Below are positions 1 to 9,426 of a stretch of 64,000 bases of DNA, piece by piece. A program made the position numbers and the translations under genes. How positions within the stretch are numbered: position 1 is the first letter of the stretch; every line of letters starts with the position of its first letter. The notes beneath the pieces were generated by a model. The model was given only the letters and a program-made list of their open reading frames with translations. It was not told the origin of the DNA and did not search any database. The stretch covers positions 852,335-916,334 of the forward strand of contig OZ241996.1 in assembly GCA_965204535.1 (NCBI GenBank), read 5' to 3'. The stretch is from a bacterium (GTDB taxonomy: Bacteria; UBA8248).

Positions 1-390
1 ATATGGCTCTTCAGTGCCTTGCAAGAAGACAGTGGCAGGTCAAGCAACCTACGCACGTTCACCGAGCCGAGATCAGCGCCGAGCTACACACCGCTTGCTC
101 CGGCATCGACACGGCAGACAGTTCTAGATTTCTCCAAACCTCCAGTTGGACAGTACAACGTGCTTTCTGTTGCGCAGATACGTTGGTGCCTTCGCGAAGT
201 TATCCAGATTGAAGTGCTCCGACCCATGCCTACCACGAATGCTCAAATTGAAAGGTTCAACGCGGTGGTTTCGGAATACAACAGTCGTTGCAGGCGTTTT
301 AGGTACAGGCGTGGAGCACTAGAACAGGCACGCCGAGAGGTAGAACAGCAGAGAGCGCAGATCGTCTCTAACGTGTCGCCGCCATGGTAA
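1..390 (+). CDS. hypothetical protein, probably 5'-partial at window edge
   Basis: Frame 1 has no stop from nt 1 to TAA at 388-390. The first start-like codon in the window is TTG at 19. Residues look ordinary (IRWCLREVIQIEVLRPMP, RREVEQQRAQI) but carry no motif I recognise. Confidence 0.3.
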   Translation: MWLFSALQEDSGRSSNLRTFTEPRSAPSYTPLAPASTRQTVLDFSKPPVGQYNVLSVAQIRWCLREVIQIEVLRPMPTTNAQIERFNAVVSEYNSRCRRFRYRRGALEQARREVEQQRAQIVSNVSPPW

Positions 391-1149
391 CGTAACTCAG
401 AGGCGTTGCAGAGCAACTCTACCCCCTCTACGCCGACGGAGCCAAGACGAAGAACCGGAGTAAGGCGCGACCAATGATTGCTTCGCTGCTGACGACCCGA
501 GAAGATGCGGCCTGCACGCAACGAAATCATCATCGCGCTTGGAATCTCGCTGCGTGGCTCGGGGATGCAGTTCTGGGGTTGGCGGGCTATGGTATATTCA
601 CGGATCGCAGGCAGAACGGGTGATTGGCGCGCTCATACGGACATCCTGCTAGCTCGCCGCTGCTAAGATGTATGCGGCGTAACCCGAAAGTCAAGCGCAG
701 CAGCGCCCGTGCGAAGTACAGCGGATGGTGCTCGTGCATGGTAGCGGGCCCGGCGTCGAGAGGCTTGCTATGGAGTAGGCCGAGCATAACAGCATCCAGC
801 AGATCGTCTACAAACTTGGCTGGGCTCGGCATGGGGACACCGCTGACTTTCGTCGCAATGATGAACTGCTAAACCTCCTGCCGAAGGGCATCCGTCCGCG
901 AGGGGATGTACCGACGAAGCCGGACAATGGATTAACCCGGAAACCCCACCAAAAGCGCAGAAATAAGCCGCTTTCATCAATACGCAACGGCGCATCCAGC
1001 GTTCCCGCCCCCCCGGTATCCGGTTTCGGGGGAAAAGGCATGACCCTCATCGCGCGCAGGCGCTTGCCTGTCGTAAACCCATCTATATTCCATTCGTTGC
1101 CCGATTGAAACCCTCATATTTTCGTATTATATTCGGTATTGTGGGACCG

Positions 1150-1848
1150 ATGGGAGCGCCAGCGGGAAATCCCCGGCGTCGATCCCGCGACACGCAGGGC
1201 CTGGAGAACACTTTTTTGGGAATCCGCAAACGAGACAGAAACCGCACCGGCTGGAGGGCTGTCCTGGATCCCGGCGTGTGGATCCGCTCGCTGCTCGTGA
1301 CGGCGGTCTTCGTCGTTTCCTTGTCGGCGCTGGCCTGCGCCGTGGGGCTCGCGCGCTACACGACGGGCCATGATCGGCATGCTACCTACAAGCTCTACTG
1401 GGCGGAAATTTTACTCGCGCTCAACTTCGACCCCCGCGCGCCAGTTGCCTACCGTACGAGTGAGGGCGAGGAAACGACGCTCCCCCGCGGCGAACTCATA
1501 TTCAGCGGCGATGCGCTGGTGGCGCGGAGCCACCTCGTTCGAACGGTGAAGCTGTCAGCGGAGCTCGGCGCCTGGTACGGCCTGGGCGCCGCGCTGATGT
1601 GCCTGGTGCTGCTCGGTTTGCAAAGAGCCGCACACGAGGGTCGGCCCGAATCGCCCGCGTTGCCCCGGAGGAGGCCGGGCCTCGATACATCGACACAAGC
1701 GGCCAAAACGCCCGTTCGCACACCGGCGGAACGGCCGCCGGGACCGGATGCCCCGCCGCCCTTAAAACCCAAGCTTGCCGGCAAGGGTCGCAGGAACGAA
1801 GCGGCGGCGCCCGAGCGCCGCGAGCGCGACTACGGGCGCTGGATCTGA
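1150..1848 (+). CDS. hypothetical membrane protein, translationally coupled to the relaxase gene
   Basis: ORF 1105-1848 has its first ATG at 1150 (start uncertain). Hydrophobic helices are LLVTAVFVVSLSALACAVGLA and LGAALMCLVLLGL, followed by a Pro/Arg-rich tail. Stop TGA 1846-1848 overlaps the relaxase ATG 1848-1850 (TGATG). Confidence 0.5.
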   Translation: MGAPAGNPRRRSRDTQGLENTFLGIRKRDRNRTGWRAVLDPGVWIRSLLVTAVFVVSLSALACAVGLARYTTGHDRHATYKLYWAEILLALNFDPRAPVAYRTSEGEETTLPRGELIFSGDALVARSHLVRTVKLSAELGAWYGLGAALMCLVLLGLQRAAHEGRPESPALPRRRPGLDTSTQAAKTPVRTPAERPPGPDAPPPLKPKLAGKGRRNEAAAPERRERDYGRWI

Positions 1849-4823
1849 TGGTCGCCTCGATAGGCGCGGTGGCGAGCCCTGCGCAGGGCGCGAACTATTA
1901 CGAGCGGGACGGCTACTACGCCAAGGACTCGACTGAGCACCGGGTGTTGAGCGCCTGGGCCGGCAGGGGCGCAGAAGCCCTGGGTCTTGAGGGCGCGGTC
2001 GACCCGGACGTGTTCCGGGCGGTGCTCGAGGGCGAGGTTCCGGACGGCTCGGGGCGGCGTCTCGGCCGCAGGGTTCGCGGCGGAGAGATCCATCACCGGC
2101 CCGGGCGCGACCTCACCTTCTCGGCGCCCAAGTCCGTATCCCTGGTCGCACTCATGGGCGGGGACGCGCGCATCGTCGACGCCCATGATCGCGCTGTTGT
2201 GCGGGCGCTTGAGTGGTTCGAGAGCAATGGGGCCGAGACCCGGATGCGGGACCCGGCTACCGGGCGGATGATCCGGGCCGGCGGCCAGAAGGCCGTGATC
2301 TCCACGTTCCGGCACGATACTTCCAGGAACCTCGACCCTGCGCTGCACACCCACTCGGTCATCGCCAACATGCTGCTCGGCGCCGACGGGAAGTGGAGGA
2401 CGATGGCGAACGAGCGCCTCTACGCCTCCAAGATGCTGTTGGGCGCGCTCTACCGGAGCGAACTCGCAGGAGAGCTTCAAAAGCTCGGCTACCGGATCGA
2501 GAAGACCCACGCCGACGGTCGGTTCGAGATCGGGGGCGTCTCGCGCGAGGTCGTCGAGGCGTTCTCGACGCGACGCGCCGAGATCGAGGCGGCGATGGAA
2601 GGCCGGGGCCATGGCGCCACGGCGGAGAACCAGCACCTCGCCCGCCGAGCGGCGCTGATGACACGCGCGCACAAGCGCGACGTCGACAAGGAGGCGCTGC
2701 GCGGGATCTGGGCGAAACAGGCCTCCGGGCTCGGCTTCGACGCGAAGGCGCTCGTCGCCTCGGCGGTGGAACGGGGATTGAGCGGCCCGCAGAAAGAGGG
2801 CCCACAAGCACTGGAAGCGGGCGGGGACGCTCCGCCCGGCGCGGCCCGGCAGGCGAATCTGTTCGAGCATCCGGCGCGGACGGAGCCTGCGAAGGAGGCC
2901 GTCGAGTGGGCGCTCGCCCACCTCTCGGAGCGCGATGCGGTGTTCGCGAGAACATATCTTCTCGCCGCGGCACTCGCTCACGGCCCGGGCTCCGCGTCCA
3001 TCGGAGCTGTCGAGCGGGCCGTCGAGGGTCTCACGCGCGAGGGCCGCGTACACGATGCGCCGGCTCTCAAGGGTGGCGACGGGCTGACTACGGACAGGGC
3101 CGTGGCCAGAGAGCGCGAGACGATTGCGCTCATGCGCGCGGGCTCGGGCCGGGGCAAGGCGGCGATGCGCGGCTGGATGGTCGAGCGGCATCTGCGCAAG
3201 GGGCCGCTCACGGCCGGGCAGAAACAGGCGGTGAAACTCATTCTTTCCGAGAAAGACCGGACCGTCGGCGTGCAGGGCTACGCCGGCGCCGGCAAGACCC
3301 GGATGCTCGATCGCGCAAGGACGCTTGCGGAGAAAAAGGGCTGGCGCGTCCTGGGACTCGCTCCCTCGGCGTCCGCGGTACGCACGCTGGAGGCGGAATC
3401 GGGGATAAAGAGCGAGACTTTGCAGCGGTTTCTGGCGCGAAACGAAGGCCTGGCCGAAGGCCGGCTCACGAAAAGCGCCGCAAAAAAGATGCGCGCCGCG
3501 TACTCCCAGACCGTGCTGGTGGTCGATGAGGGCTCGCTTGCGTCCACCGCCCAGGCCCGCGACCTGCTCCGGATCGCGGGCGCCCTGCGCATACCCAAGC
3601 TGGTGCTGGTCGGCGACGCCAGGCAACTCGAAGCCGTCGATGCGGGCAAACCCTTCGCCCAGCTCCAGGCCGCGGGCATGAAGACCGCGACGATGGACGA
3701 GATCCTCCGCCAGCGCGACCCCGATCTCAAGGCCGCGGTCGAGGCGAGCATCGCGGGCGATATCGGGCGCGCTTTTGAAAAACTGGGAAACAACGTCGCT
3801 GAAGTAAACCCCCAAAATATCGCAGGCGCCGTGGCGGCGAGATGGCTGAAACTCCCGCCCGAGGTGCGCGAGCGCACCGGGGTGATGTCGCCGGGCCATG
3901 AGCTGCGCGAGGCGATCAACGCCCATATCAGGGAGCGCCTCGTGCGCGAGGGCCGCGTCGCGGGTCCTGCGCTCAAGACGCAGCGGCTCGTTTCCAGGGG
4001 TTACACGAACGCCGAGAAGGCGCTCGCGGCCAACTACGCGCCCGGCGACGTGGTCGCCTTCCACCGCTCCTACAAGCGGCTCGGGGTCGAGAAGGGCGAG
4101 GAGCGTCGCGTCCTGGGCGTCGATCGCGAGCGCGGAAACGTCCGGCTCGAAGGCCCCGGGGGCACGATCGTGAACTGGAAGCCGTATCAAATCGGCGGGC
4201 GGCGGGGCGGGACCGAGGTCTACCGCACCGAAACCATCGAGCTCCGCGCAGGCGACCGGGTGCGCTGGACCCGGAACGACAAGGGGCTGGGACTCGTGAA
4301 CAGCGCCACAGCGGAGGTGTTCGGGGTCCGGAACGGGCGGGTGACGTTCACCCTGGAGGAAGGCCGCAGGCTCACACTGACCCCCGGCGACCCCCAACTG
4401 CGCCATCTCGATCGCGCCTGGGCCTCGACCGTGCACGCCTTTCAGGGGCGGACGGTGGATAACGTCATCGCCGCGATGGAGGCGAACCATCCCCACCTGA
4501 CCACGGCGAAGGCGTTTTACGTCGAGATATCGCGCGCCCGCGACCGGGCCGAACTCGTCACCGACGACGCGCAGGCGCTGAAAGAACGTCTCGAAACCGT
4601 GACCGGCGAGCGCATCTCCGCACTCGAGGGCATCGGCGAATCCGTCCGGCCGGAACCCGGGATCGACGGAAAGACGTCCCCCAAGCACGAACGAGGGAGC
4701 CCGGATGCCTCCATGCCGACTTCCCCCGAGGGGGAAATCGAACGGAAAGTGTCACTGGGCAGAGCGCCTGCGCCCGAACCTCCCTCCCCCGGCAAGCGCA
4801 TCGACATGGACCTCGGGCTCTGA
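1848..4823 (+). CDS. conjugative relaxase-helicase, TrwC/TraI (MOBF-like) family
   Basis: The start is taken at MVASIGAV (ATG 1848) inside ORF 1599-4823. The N-terminal relaxase has the Tyr cluster ANYYERDGYY and the His motif HDTSRNLDPALHTHSVIAN. The helicase has Walker A GYAGAGKTRML, Walker B LVVDEGSL and the C-terminal motifs HAFQGRTVD and YVEISRARD. Confidence 0.9.
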   Translation: MVASIGAVASPAQGANYYERDGYYAKDSTEHRVLSAWAGRGAEALGLEGAVDPDVFRAVLEGEVPDGSGRRLGRRVRGGEIHHRPGRDLTFSAPKSVSLVALMGGDARIVDAHDRAVVRALEWFESNGAETRMRDPATGRMIRAGGQKAVISTFRHDTSRNLDPALHTHSVIANMLLGADGKWRTMANERLYASKMLLGALYRSELAGELQKLGYRIEKTHADGRFEIGGVSREVVEAFSTRRAEIEAAMEGRGHGATAENQHLARRAALMTRAHKRDVDKEALRGIWAKQASGLGFDAKALVASAVERGLSGPQKEGPQALEAGGDAPPGAARQANLFEHPARTEPAKEAVEWALAHLSERDAVFARTYLLAAALAHGPGSASIGAVERAVEGLTREGRVHDAPALKGGDGLTTDRAVARERETIALMRAGSGRGKAAMRGWMVERHLRKGPLTAGQKQAVKLILSEKDRTVGVQGYAGAGKTRMLDRARTLAEKKGWRVLGLAPSASAVRTLEAESGIKSETLQRFLARNEGLAEGRLTKSAAKKMRAAYSQTVLVVDEGSLASTAQARDLLRIAGALRIPKLVLVGDARQLEAVDAGKPFAQLQAAGMKTATMDEILRQRDPDLKAAVEASIAGDIGRAFEKLGNNVAEVNPQNIAGAVAARWLKLPPEVRERTGVMSPGHELREAINAHIRERLVREGRVAGPALKTQRLVSRGYTNAEKALAANYAPGDVVAFHRSYKRLGVEKGEERRVLGVDRERGNVRLEGPGGTIVNWKPYQIGGRRGGTEVYRTETIELRAGDRVRWTRNDKGLGLVNSATAEVFGVRNGRVTFTLEEGRRLTLTPGDPQLRHLDRAWASTVHAFQGRTVDNVIAAMEANHPHLTTAKAFYVEISRARDRAELVTDDAQALKERLETVTGERISALEGIGESVRPEPGIDGKTSPKHERGSPDASMPTSPEGEIERKVSLGRAPAPEPPSPGKRIDMDLGL

Positions 4824-4915
4824 ACACAGCACGCTAGGGCACGATTCCCGGGTTCCCACAAAGAATTCTGTCTATAAACAGGCCTGCGGCGCACAGGTTG
4901 CGCCGCCTCATGCGT

Positions 4916-5302
4916 TCACTCAGGGCCTTCATCCATGGTCTCGGCCATCGTTTTTCGGGCTGCGGCGATGAGGTTCTCCAACTCTTTCCTCCGCCCTTCG
5001 TCGAGCAATCGTCCCCGATCCAGGGTCGCCATCATGTAGACCATGCGGTAGACGGCCTCGATGAGGGCGGCGTGTCCGGACGACAAGGTGGCCGCGGGAG
5101 GCTCGTCGAGCCGCTCCTGGGCGGCGGCGACAGCACCGGAACGGACGAGTTCGCCGGCCGATATGCCGTGCAACGCAGCGGCCCTTTGAACCAGACGCCA
5201 CTCGGAATCCAGGAAGCGGATGGAGTGCGGCCGACGCGTATCGCTGCTGTTTTCTGCCGGTTTGTTTCTTTTTCCGGGCTGTTTCTGATCGTTTCGCGTC
5301 AT
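4916..5302 (-). CDS. ribbon-helix-helix-like relaxosome accessory/regulator protein (putative)
   Basis: The start is taken at MTRNDQKQ (ATG 5302) within ORF 4916-5548. The RHH-like beta-strand/helix is HSIRFLDSEWRLVQRAAALHGISAGELVR. The architecture matches the protein at 28640-29008. The gene is convergent with the relaxase. Confidence 0.5.
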   Translation of the reverse strand: MTRNDQKQPGKRNKPAENSSDTRRPHSIRFLDSEWRLVQRAAALHGISAGELVRSGAVAAAQERLDEPPAATLSSGHAALIEAVYRMVYMMATLDRGRLLDEGRRKELENLIAAARKTMAETMDEGPE

Positions 5303-5540
5303 TTTTTTCGCTTCCTCAGGACGGGATCTGTCAACGAAATGGAACGAATCGATCGCGATTTCGGTTCCGGTACGGCTCGTTTCGGGCGAAAACCAGGACC
5401 TATCCGGGGCCGTCGACGCATGATTCAACGTCCCGCCTTCAGGGTCTTGCGGCCGTCTGCGAGAGGGTTCTCCGCGCAGGTGGCAACCCCGGCGTACCGC
5501 GAAACGGCCGGTATCGGGAGCATTCAATCGCATTGCGCAG

Positions 5541-5559
5541 CGTAACACGTCGTGTTACG
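5541..5559. repeat. 19-bp perfect palindrome cgtaacacg-t-cgtgttacg upstream of the RHH gene
   Basis: Read directly from the sequence. It lies about 240 bp upstream of the RHH start in a non-coding stretch and is a candidate operator or oriT inverted repeat. Confidence 0.6.
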
Positions 5560-5636
5560 TGATTCCACCGATTGCGACCAGACTGGTATCTTTGCGCGAC
5601 ATGCGCAGCCATGCCCCGTCAGGGATGAGAATGGGC

Positions 5637-5657
5637 GTGTATGCTCTGAGCATACAC
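5637..5657. repeat. inverted repeat gtgtatgct-ctg-agcatacac
   Basis: Read directly: 9-bp perfect arms with a 3-nt spacer, in the same non-coding region as the 5541 palindrome. Confidence 0.6.
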
Positions 5658-5753
5658 TCGAACCGCGATAAGCCTGTCGCCCCGTGTCGTCGTTTGAGCA
5701 GGAGACTGCAGGACATGCGCGCGCCTGGTCTGTACCCCGCAGCCCGCTGCGTT

Positions 5754-6965
5754 CCGGTGTGAAACCCGAAGCGCCGAAGGGCGGCTAACGGCGGATTCTT
5801 GGGAACGAACGACAGGGGAATTTTCGCCGGAGAGAATGGCGAGCGGGAGCCGCCGCGGCGCTTGAGCGGACAGAGCGAGGGGCAAGAGGGGTGAGGGTGC
5901 TGAACCTTGCGCCTGGATTCACAAGCGGCGGGCGTACAGGGCGTTACAACTTGCGCTTTTTATCACAAGCAGACGAACGACACGGGAAACAGCGGGCCGC
6001 GCCGCAGGTGTTGCCGCTGCGACGCGACCCGTGGAATGCGCGCATCAAGCCGCGACGCGCTGAACGGGAATGCCGAGGGTTTTCGCCTTGTCGACGAGGT
6101 TGTCGGTGATGCCCGAGCCGGGGAAGGCGATCACGCCCTTGGGGAGGAGGCTGAGCAGCTCGTCGTTGCGGCGGAAGGGAGCGGCCCTGCCGTGGGCGTC
6201 CCAGTCGGGCTTGCAGACGACCTGGTGGACGCCGTTCCGCTCGGCCCATCCTGCCGCAATCTTCTCGGCGCCGGGGCCGCCACCGTGGACGAGGACGACG
6301 TCGGCGTACTTGGCTTTCAGCTTGTCGAGCTGGCCGATGATCTTGCCCGCGTCGGTGGCTTCCTTGCCGCCCGCGACGGCCACGAGCGTTCCCTGGGGGA
6401 GGTGGGCCGTGTTCTCGCGGTCCTTTTTTGCGCGCTGGAAGTCACGCGCTTCGATCACCGCCGACGTGAGCTTGCCGGTCTGAGAGACGTGCGATCCCCG
6501 CCTCGGGCGCCAGACCTCGCCGGTCTCGACGCGGTAGGCCTCTGCGGCGGCGTCGCGCAGTCCTTCGAAGGCGTCGCGGCGGGCGGTGAGATTCCCGGCC
6601 CGGTCGGTGGCGAGTTCGAGTTCGCGGGAGCGGATCTCGGAGCCGTCCTGTTCGCGCTGGAGTTCACGGATGCCGGGGATGAGCTTGTCGGCGGCGCGGT
6701 CGAGCCGCTGTGTCTGGGCGTCCAGGGTGTTGACGAAGCCCCACAATAGGCTCGCCCGCTCGTCGGCAAGCTGCGTGCCGTCGGGTGCGGCCTCGGCGAG
6801 TGCGCCGAAGGCCTTGAGGACGGCGGCGGTGGCTTCGGTCTCGCCCCAGACGGGCCGGTTGTCGAACTCGTCGGGGCCGGGGGTCGCGCCGAAGAGGGCG
6901 GCCTGCTCGCATACCATGGCGGTGAAGGTTTCGTTCTGCGCTTCGTGTTCCGCGTGCTCGTGCAT
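5754..6965 (-). repeat. left copy of a homologous block (DUF2493 gene plus about 290 bp conserved downstream non-coding DNA), inverted relative to 25180-28267
   Basis: The DUF2493 proteins differ at about 16 of 306 positions by eye. The downstream non-coding DNA (ttgtgata...gaatccaggcgcaaggttcagcac...ttcggcgcttcgggtttcacaccgg) is shared by both copies. Confidence 0.8.
6045..6965 (-). CDS. DUF2493 (SLOG/DprA-like Rossmann) domain protein typical of conjugative elements
   Basis: The start is taken at MHEHAEHE (ATG 6965, RBS AAGGAGAG upstream). The C-terminal motif is VVLVHGGGPGAEKIAAGWAERNGVHQVVCKPDWDAHGRAAPFRRND...VIAFPGSGIT. The paralog is at 25180-26100. Confidence 0.8.
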   Translation of the reverse strand: MHEHAEHEAQNETFTAMVCEQAALFGATPGPDEFDNRPVWGETEATAAVLKAFGALAEAAPDGTQLADERASLLWGFVNTLDAQTQRLDRAADKLIPGIRELQREQDGSEIRSRELELATDRAGNLTARRDAFEGLRDAAAEAYRVETGEVWRPRRGSHVSQTGKLTSAVIEARDFQRAKKDRENTAHLPQGTLVAVAGGKEATDAGKIIGQLDKLKAKYADVVLVHGGGPGAEKIAAGWAERNGVHQVVCKPDWDAHGRAAPFRRNDELLSLLPKGVIAFPGSGITDNLVDKAKTLGIPVQRVAA

Positions 6966-7025
6966 GATGCTCTCCTTGTGGTCGTGTGTCGCGGTGGCGT
7001 TCATCGTTCACTCCTTTCGTTGTTC

Positions 7026-7400
7026 TCAAGCGAGGGGATGGTTGAATTCGGGAAGAGCGTAGCCACGCTCGTTGCGCCCCACTTCTTTCGGCATCTCGTC
7101 GAGATACCTGGCGGCCCACTCGGCGGCGCGTGCGAGGACGTCGCCGTGGCACGGGAGGGGATGGCAGTGGCAGCCGAGCTCGCAGCCTTGCAGGTCGGCG
7201 AGTTCGTAGAGGTCCTGCTCCTGACGCCGGATTCTTTCCCACAGCCATTGCCGGTACTTCTCGATGACGTCGTCGCGCTCGCCGTCCTTGCCGACCCGGA
7301 AGGGGTTTCCCCACTTCGTCCTGCGGTCGATCCTGACCAGCAATCCGCCGCCGAATTGAGGCGCAACGTAGTCGTTCAGGTTCACCACGGTGGTTTCCAT
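7026..7400 (-). CDS. DUF4326 domain protein
   Basis: Motifs are IDRRTKWGNPFRVGKDG...KYRQWL...LGCHCHPLPCHGDVLA. RBS GGAGAAAGG lies upstream of ATG 7400. Confidence 0.8.
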   Translation of the reverse strand: METTVVNLNDYVAPQFGGGLLVRIDRRTKWGNPFRVGKDGERDDVIEKYRQWLWERIRRQEQDLYELADLQGCELGCHCHPLPCHGDVLARAAEWAARYLDEMPKEVGRNERGYALPEFNHPLA

Positions 7401-7447
7401 GCCTTTCTCCTTCGTAGAGAGTTAACGGATGCGCTTCTTAGCGCCCC

Positions 7448-7478
7448 ATTTTCAGCACGTGCTAGGCGTGGGCGTCAG
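7448..7478 (-). promoter_or_regulatory. putative sigma70-type promoter for the DUF4326-DUF2493 operon
   Basis: On the minus strand: CTGACG (7478-7473), an 18-nt spacer, then TGAAAAT (7454-7448), about 45 nt upstream of ATG 7400. It is the mirror image of the promoter-like element at 7587-7613. Confidence 0.35.
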
Positions 7479-7586
7479 GGGCGGTTTTCAGTCTTTTTTC
7501 ACCCGGAGGGCGCGCAGCGGAAAAAATCCACGCTTCACCGATTTTTTCTGAAAAAAGATGCTTTTGCGTTTTTTGCAAAAGCACCC

Positions 7587-7613
7587 TTGACCCCGCGCCG
7601 TGCGTGCTAAAAT
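7587..7613 (+). promoter_or_regulatory. putative outward-facing sigma70 promoter with extended -10
   Basis: TTGACC (7587-7592), a 15-nt spacer, then TGcTAAAAT (7605-7613). No ORF follows for about 380 nt until the IS110-family transposase gene. Confidence 0.4.
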
Positions 7614-7614
7614 G

Positions 7615-9380
7615 GGGACGCTAAGAGAGAGAGGGTAGTACCGCCACCGGGACACAAGAGCCTCTGGTGTTTCACGATGAAGGCGAAGCTCATCGGGAAA
7701 CAATCTCTTATGCTGCGGAAAGGGTCATTTCGGGCCGTTTTTCCGGCCCGAAATTCCCGCAGCGGGGGGTAGATCGAGCCACTATTCAGAATATGGGATG
7801 ATTGCAGGTCCAAGCCGATCTTCCGGGAACATGGTTCATCGTTCACGGAACCGGAGATTTACCGGGTGCTCCCGGTAGACGAGAGATGGGGTAATCGGGT
7901 TGGCCCTCGAACTACCGCGTGTAGCGGATGTTCCTCTGTCATATGATCGAGGCGAGGCCGGGATGGCTCCGGTGTCTCTCGCCCGCAGGAGGAGCAGCCA
8001 TGAACTACTTTGCAGGACTCGACGTGTCGTTGGAGTGGACGAGTGTGTGCGTGGTGGACGTGGACGGCGGGATCGTCCGGGAGGCGAAGGTCGCGAGCGA
8101 ACCCGCGGCCCTCGCGGCGTTCTTCACCGGGCTGGACTTCGGCGTGAAGCGCATCTGCCTCGAGGCGGGGCCGCTGTCGCAGTGGCTCCATGACGGCCTG
8201 GCCGAGGCCGGGCTCCCGGTGGTTTGCGCCGAGACGCGGCAGTTGAAGGCGGTGCTCTCGGCCACGGTGAACAAGAGCGACCGCGACGACGCGCGCGGGA
8301 TCGCCCAGCTGGTTCGCGCGAACCTGATTCGCCCGGTGCACGTGAAGACGGTGTCGAGCCAGGAGAAACGCATGCTCCTCGCCAACCGCAGGTTCATGCT
8401 GAAGCAGTTGTGCGACGCCGAGGCCCACATCCGGGGCACGTTGCGCAACTTCGGACTGAAGATGGGCAAGGTCTCCCGCCGCGGGCTGGAGGCGCGGGTA
8501 GGGGGTCTGGTCGCGGATCGCCCGGAGTTGGCGCGCCTGGTGGCGCCGATGCTGCGGGCTCGCTCTGCGTTGCTGGCGGAATACGTCCGGCTGCACAGGA
8601 TGATGCTGGAGGCGGTGCGCGTCGACCCGGTCTGCCGTCGCCTGATGACGGTCCCCGGCGTGGGTCCGGTGACGGCGCTGACCTTCCGGGCGAGCGTCGA
8701 CGTGCCGTCGCGTTTTGCGCGCTCGCGCTCGGTGGGCGCGCACTTCGGGCTTGTGCCTCGCAAATGGCAATCCGGAGAGGTCGACCGAACGGGAAGAATC
8801 TCCAAGTGCGGCGACGCGATGATGCGCGCGGCGCTCTACGAAGCCGCCAACGCCTTGCTCGGGCGCACGACGCGGTGGTCGTGGCTGAAAGCCTGGGCGA
8901 TGGGTGTGGCGAAGCGTCGCGGCAAGGCGCGCGCGAAGGTTGCGCTCGCCCGCCGGCTCGGCGTCATTATGCACCGCATATGGATGGACGGCAGTGAGTT
9001 CCGCTGGAAACGCGACGGCGTGGATGACGTAGCCTCCTGACATCGGGAATCCAAAAGGAGAAGAATCCGAAAATTACAGTAGCTTCCGCTATGGCAGAGG
9101 ATGCTCCCGTGGGGACGAGGGACGAGGTGAGTTCGCTGTCGGCTCAGTTCCGCTCCGTCGGTGACGGTGCGAGGGCGTATGAGAGATTGTTCCACCTCGT
9201 TCTCCGACCCCATCCTGTTGACGGCCCCGGACCGGGAGCCGATCACGTAGAGAAGCGAGACCCCCATGGAGCATCGTCTAAAGCCAAGGCGGAAAGATCC
9301 GGAAAAACCAGGGCAGAGGAACTTGACTTGCTCGTCCCGATTAGAGAAGAGCCGACAGGGCGGACCTCCTCTGGATAAGG
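7615..9380 (+). mobile_element. IS110-family insertion sequence (maximal interval only; true ends not mapped)
   Basis: The transposase CDS is 8000-9040. The element must lie between the DUF4326 promoter region and the ssb terminator. This family lacks obvious terminal inverted repeats, so I could not place the ends by eye. Confidence 0.4.
8000..9040 (+). CDS. IS110-family (DEDD) transposase/recombinase
   Basis: The start is at MNYFAGLDVS (ATG 8000, RBS AGGAGG 7987-7992). The N-terminus is the typical GLDVS...ICLEAG and the C-terminal part has PGVGPVTALT...SGE...ISKCGD. Confidence 0.9.
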   Translation: MNYFAGLDVSLEWTSVCVVDVDGGIVREAKVASEPAALAAFFTGLDFGVKRICLEAGPLSQWLHDGLAEAGLPVVCAETRQLKAVLSATVNKSDRDDARGIAQLVRANLIRPVHVKTVSSQEKRMLLANRRFMLKQLCDAEAHIRGTLRNFGLKMGKVSRRGLEARVGGLVADRPELARLVAPMLRARSALLAEYVRLHRMMLEAVRVDPVCRRLMTVPGVGPVTALTFRASVDVPSRFARSRSVGAHFGLVPRKWQSGEVDRTGRISKCGDAMMRAALYEAANALLGRTTRWSWLKAWAMGVAKRRGKARAKVALARRLGVIMHRIWMDGSEFRWKRDGVDDVAS

Positions 9381-9420
9381 AGCAAAGAAAAAGGGGTCGA
9401 CGCCGAAGCGCCGACCCCTT
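9381..9420 (-). terminator. rho-independent terminator downstream of ssb
   Basis: On the minus strand the stem aaggggtcg / cgacccctt, with inner pairing, is followed by a tttttctttg run directly after the ssb stop. Confidence 0.6.
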
Positions 9421-9426
9421 GTGAGC

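Noticed and set aside
1830-4688. 952-aa ORF on the minus strand (also 2213-3529 + and 2359-2973 -)
   Set aside because: It is antisense or out of frame to the relaxase gene, which has clear catalytic motifs. The translations are Arg/Pro/Gly/Ala low-complexity strings typical of shadow ORFs in GC-rich DNA.
5619-5885. 88-aa ORF conserved at its N-terminus with ORF 28135-28431
   Set aside because: Only the first 25 codons match and then the two diverge completely. This indicates nucleotide-level conservation of a non-coding block rather than a protein.
7859-9043. 394-aa minus-strand ORF
   Set aside because: It is antisense to the IS110-family transposase and gives a His/Arg/Pro-rich nonsense-like translation.
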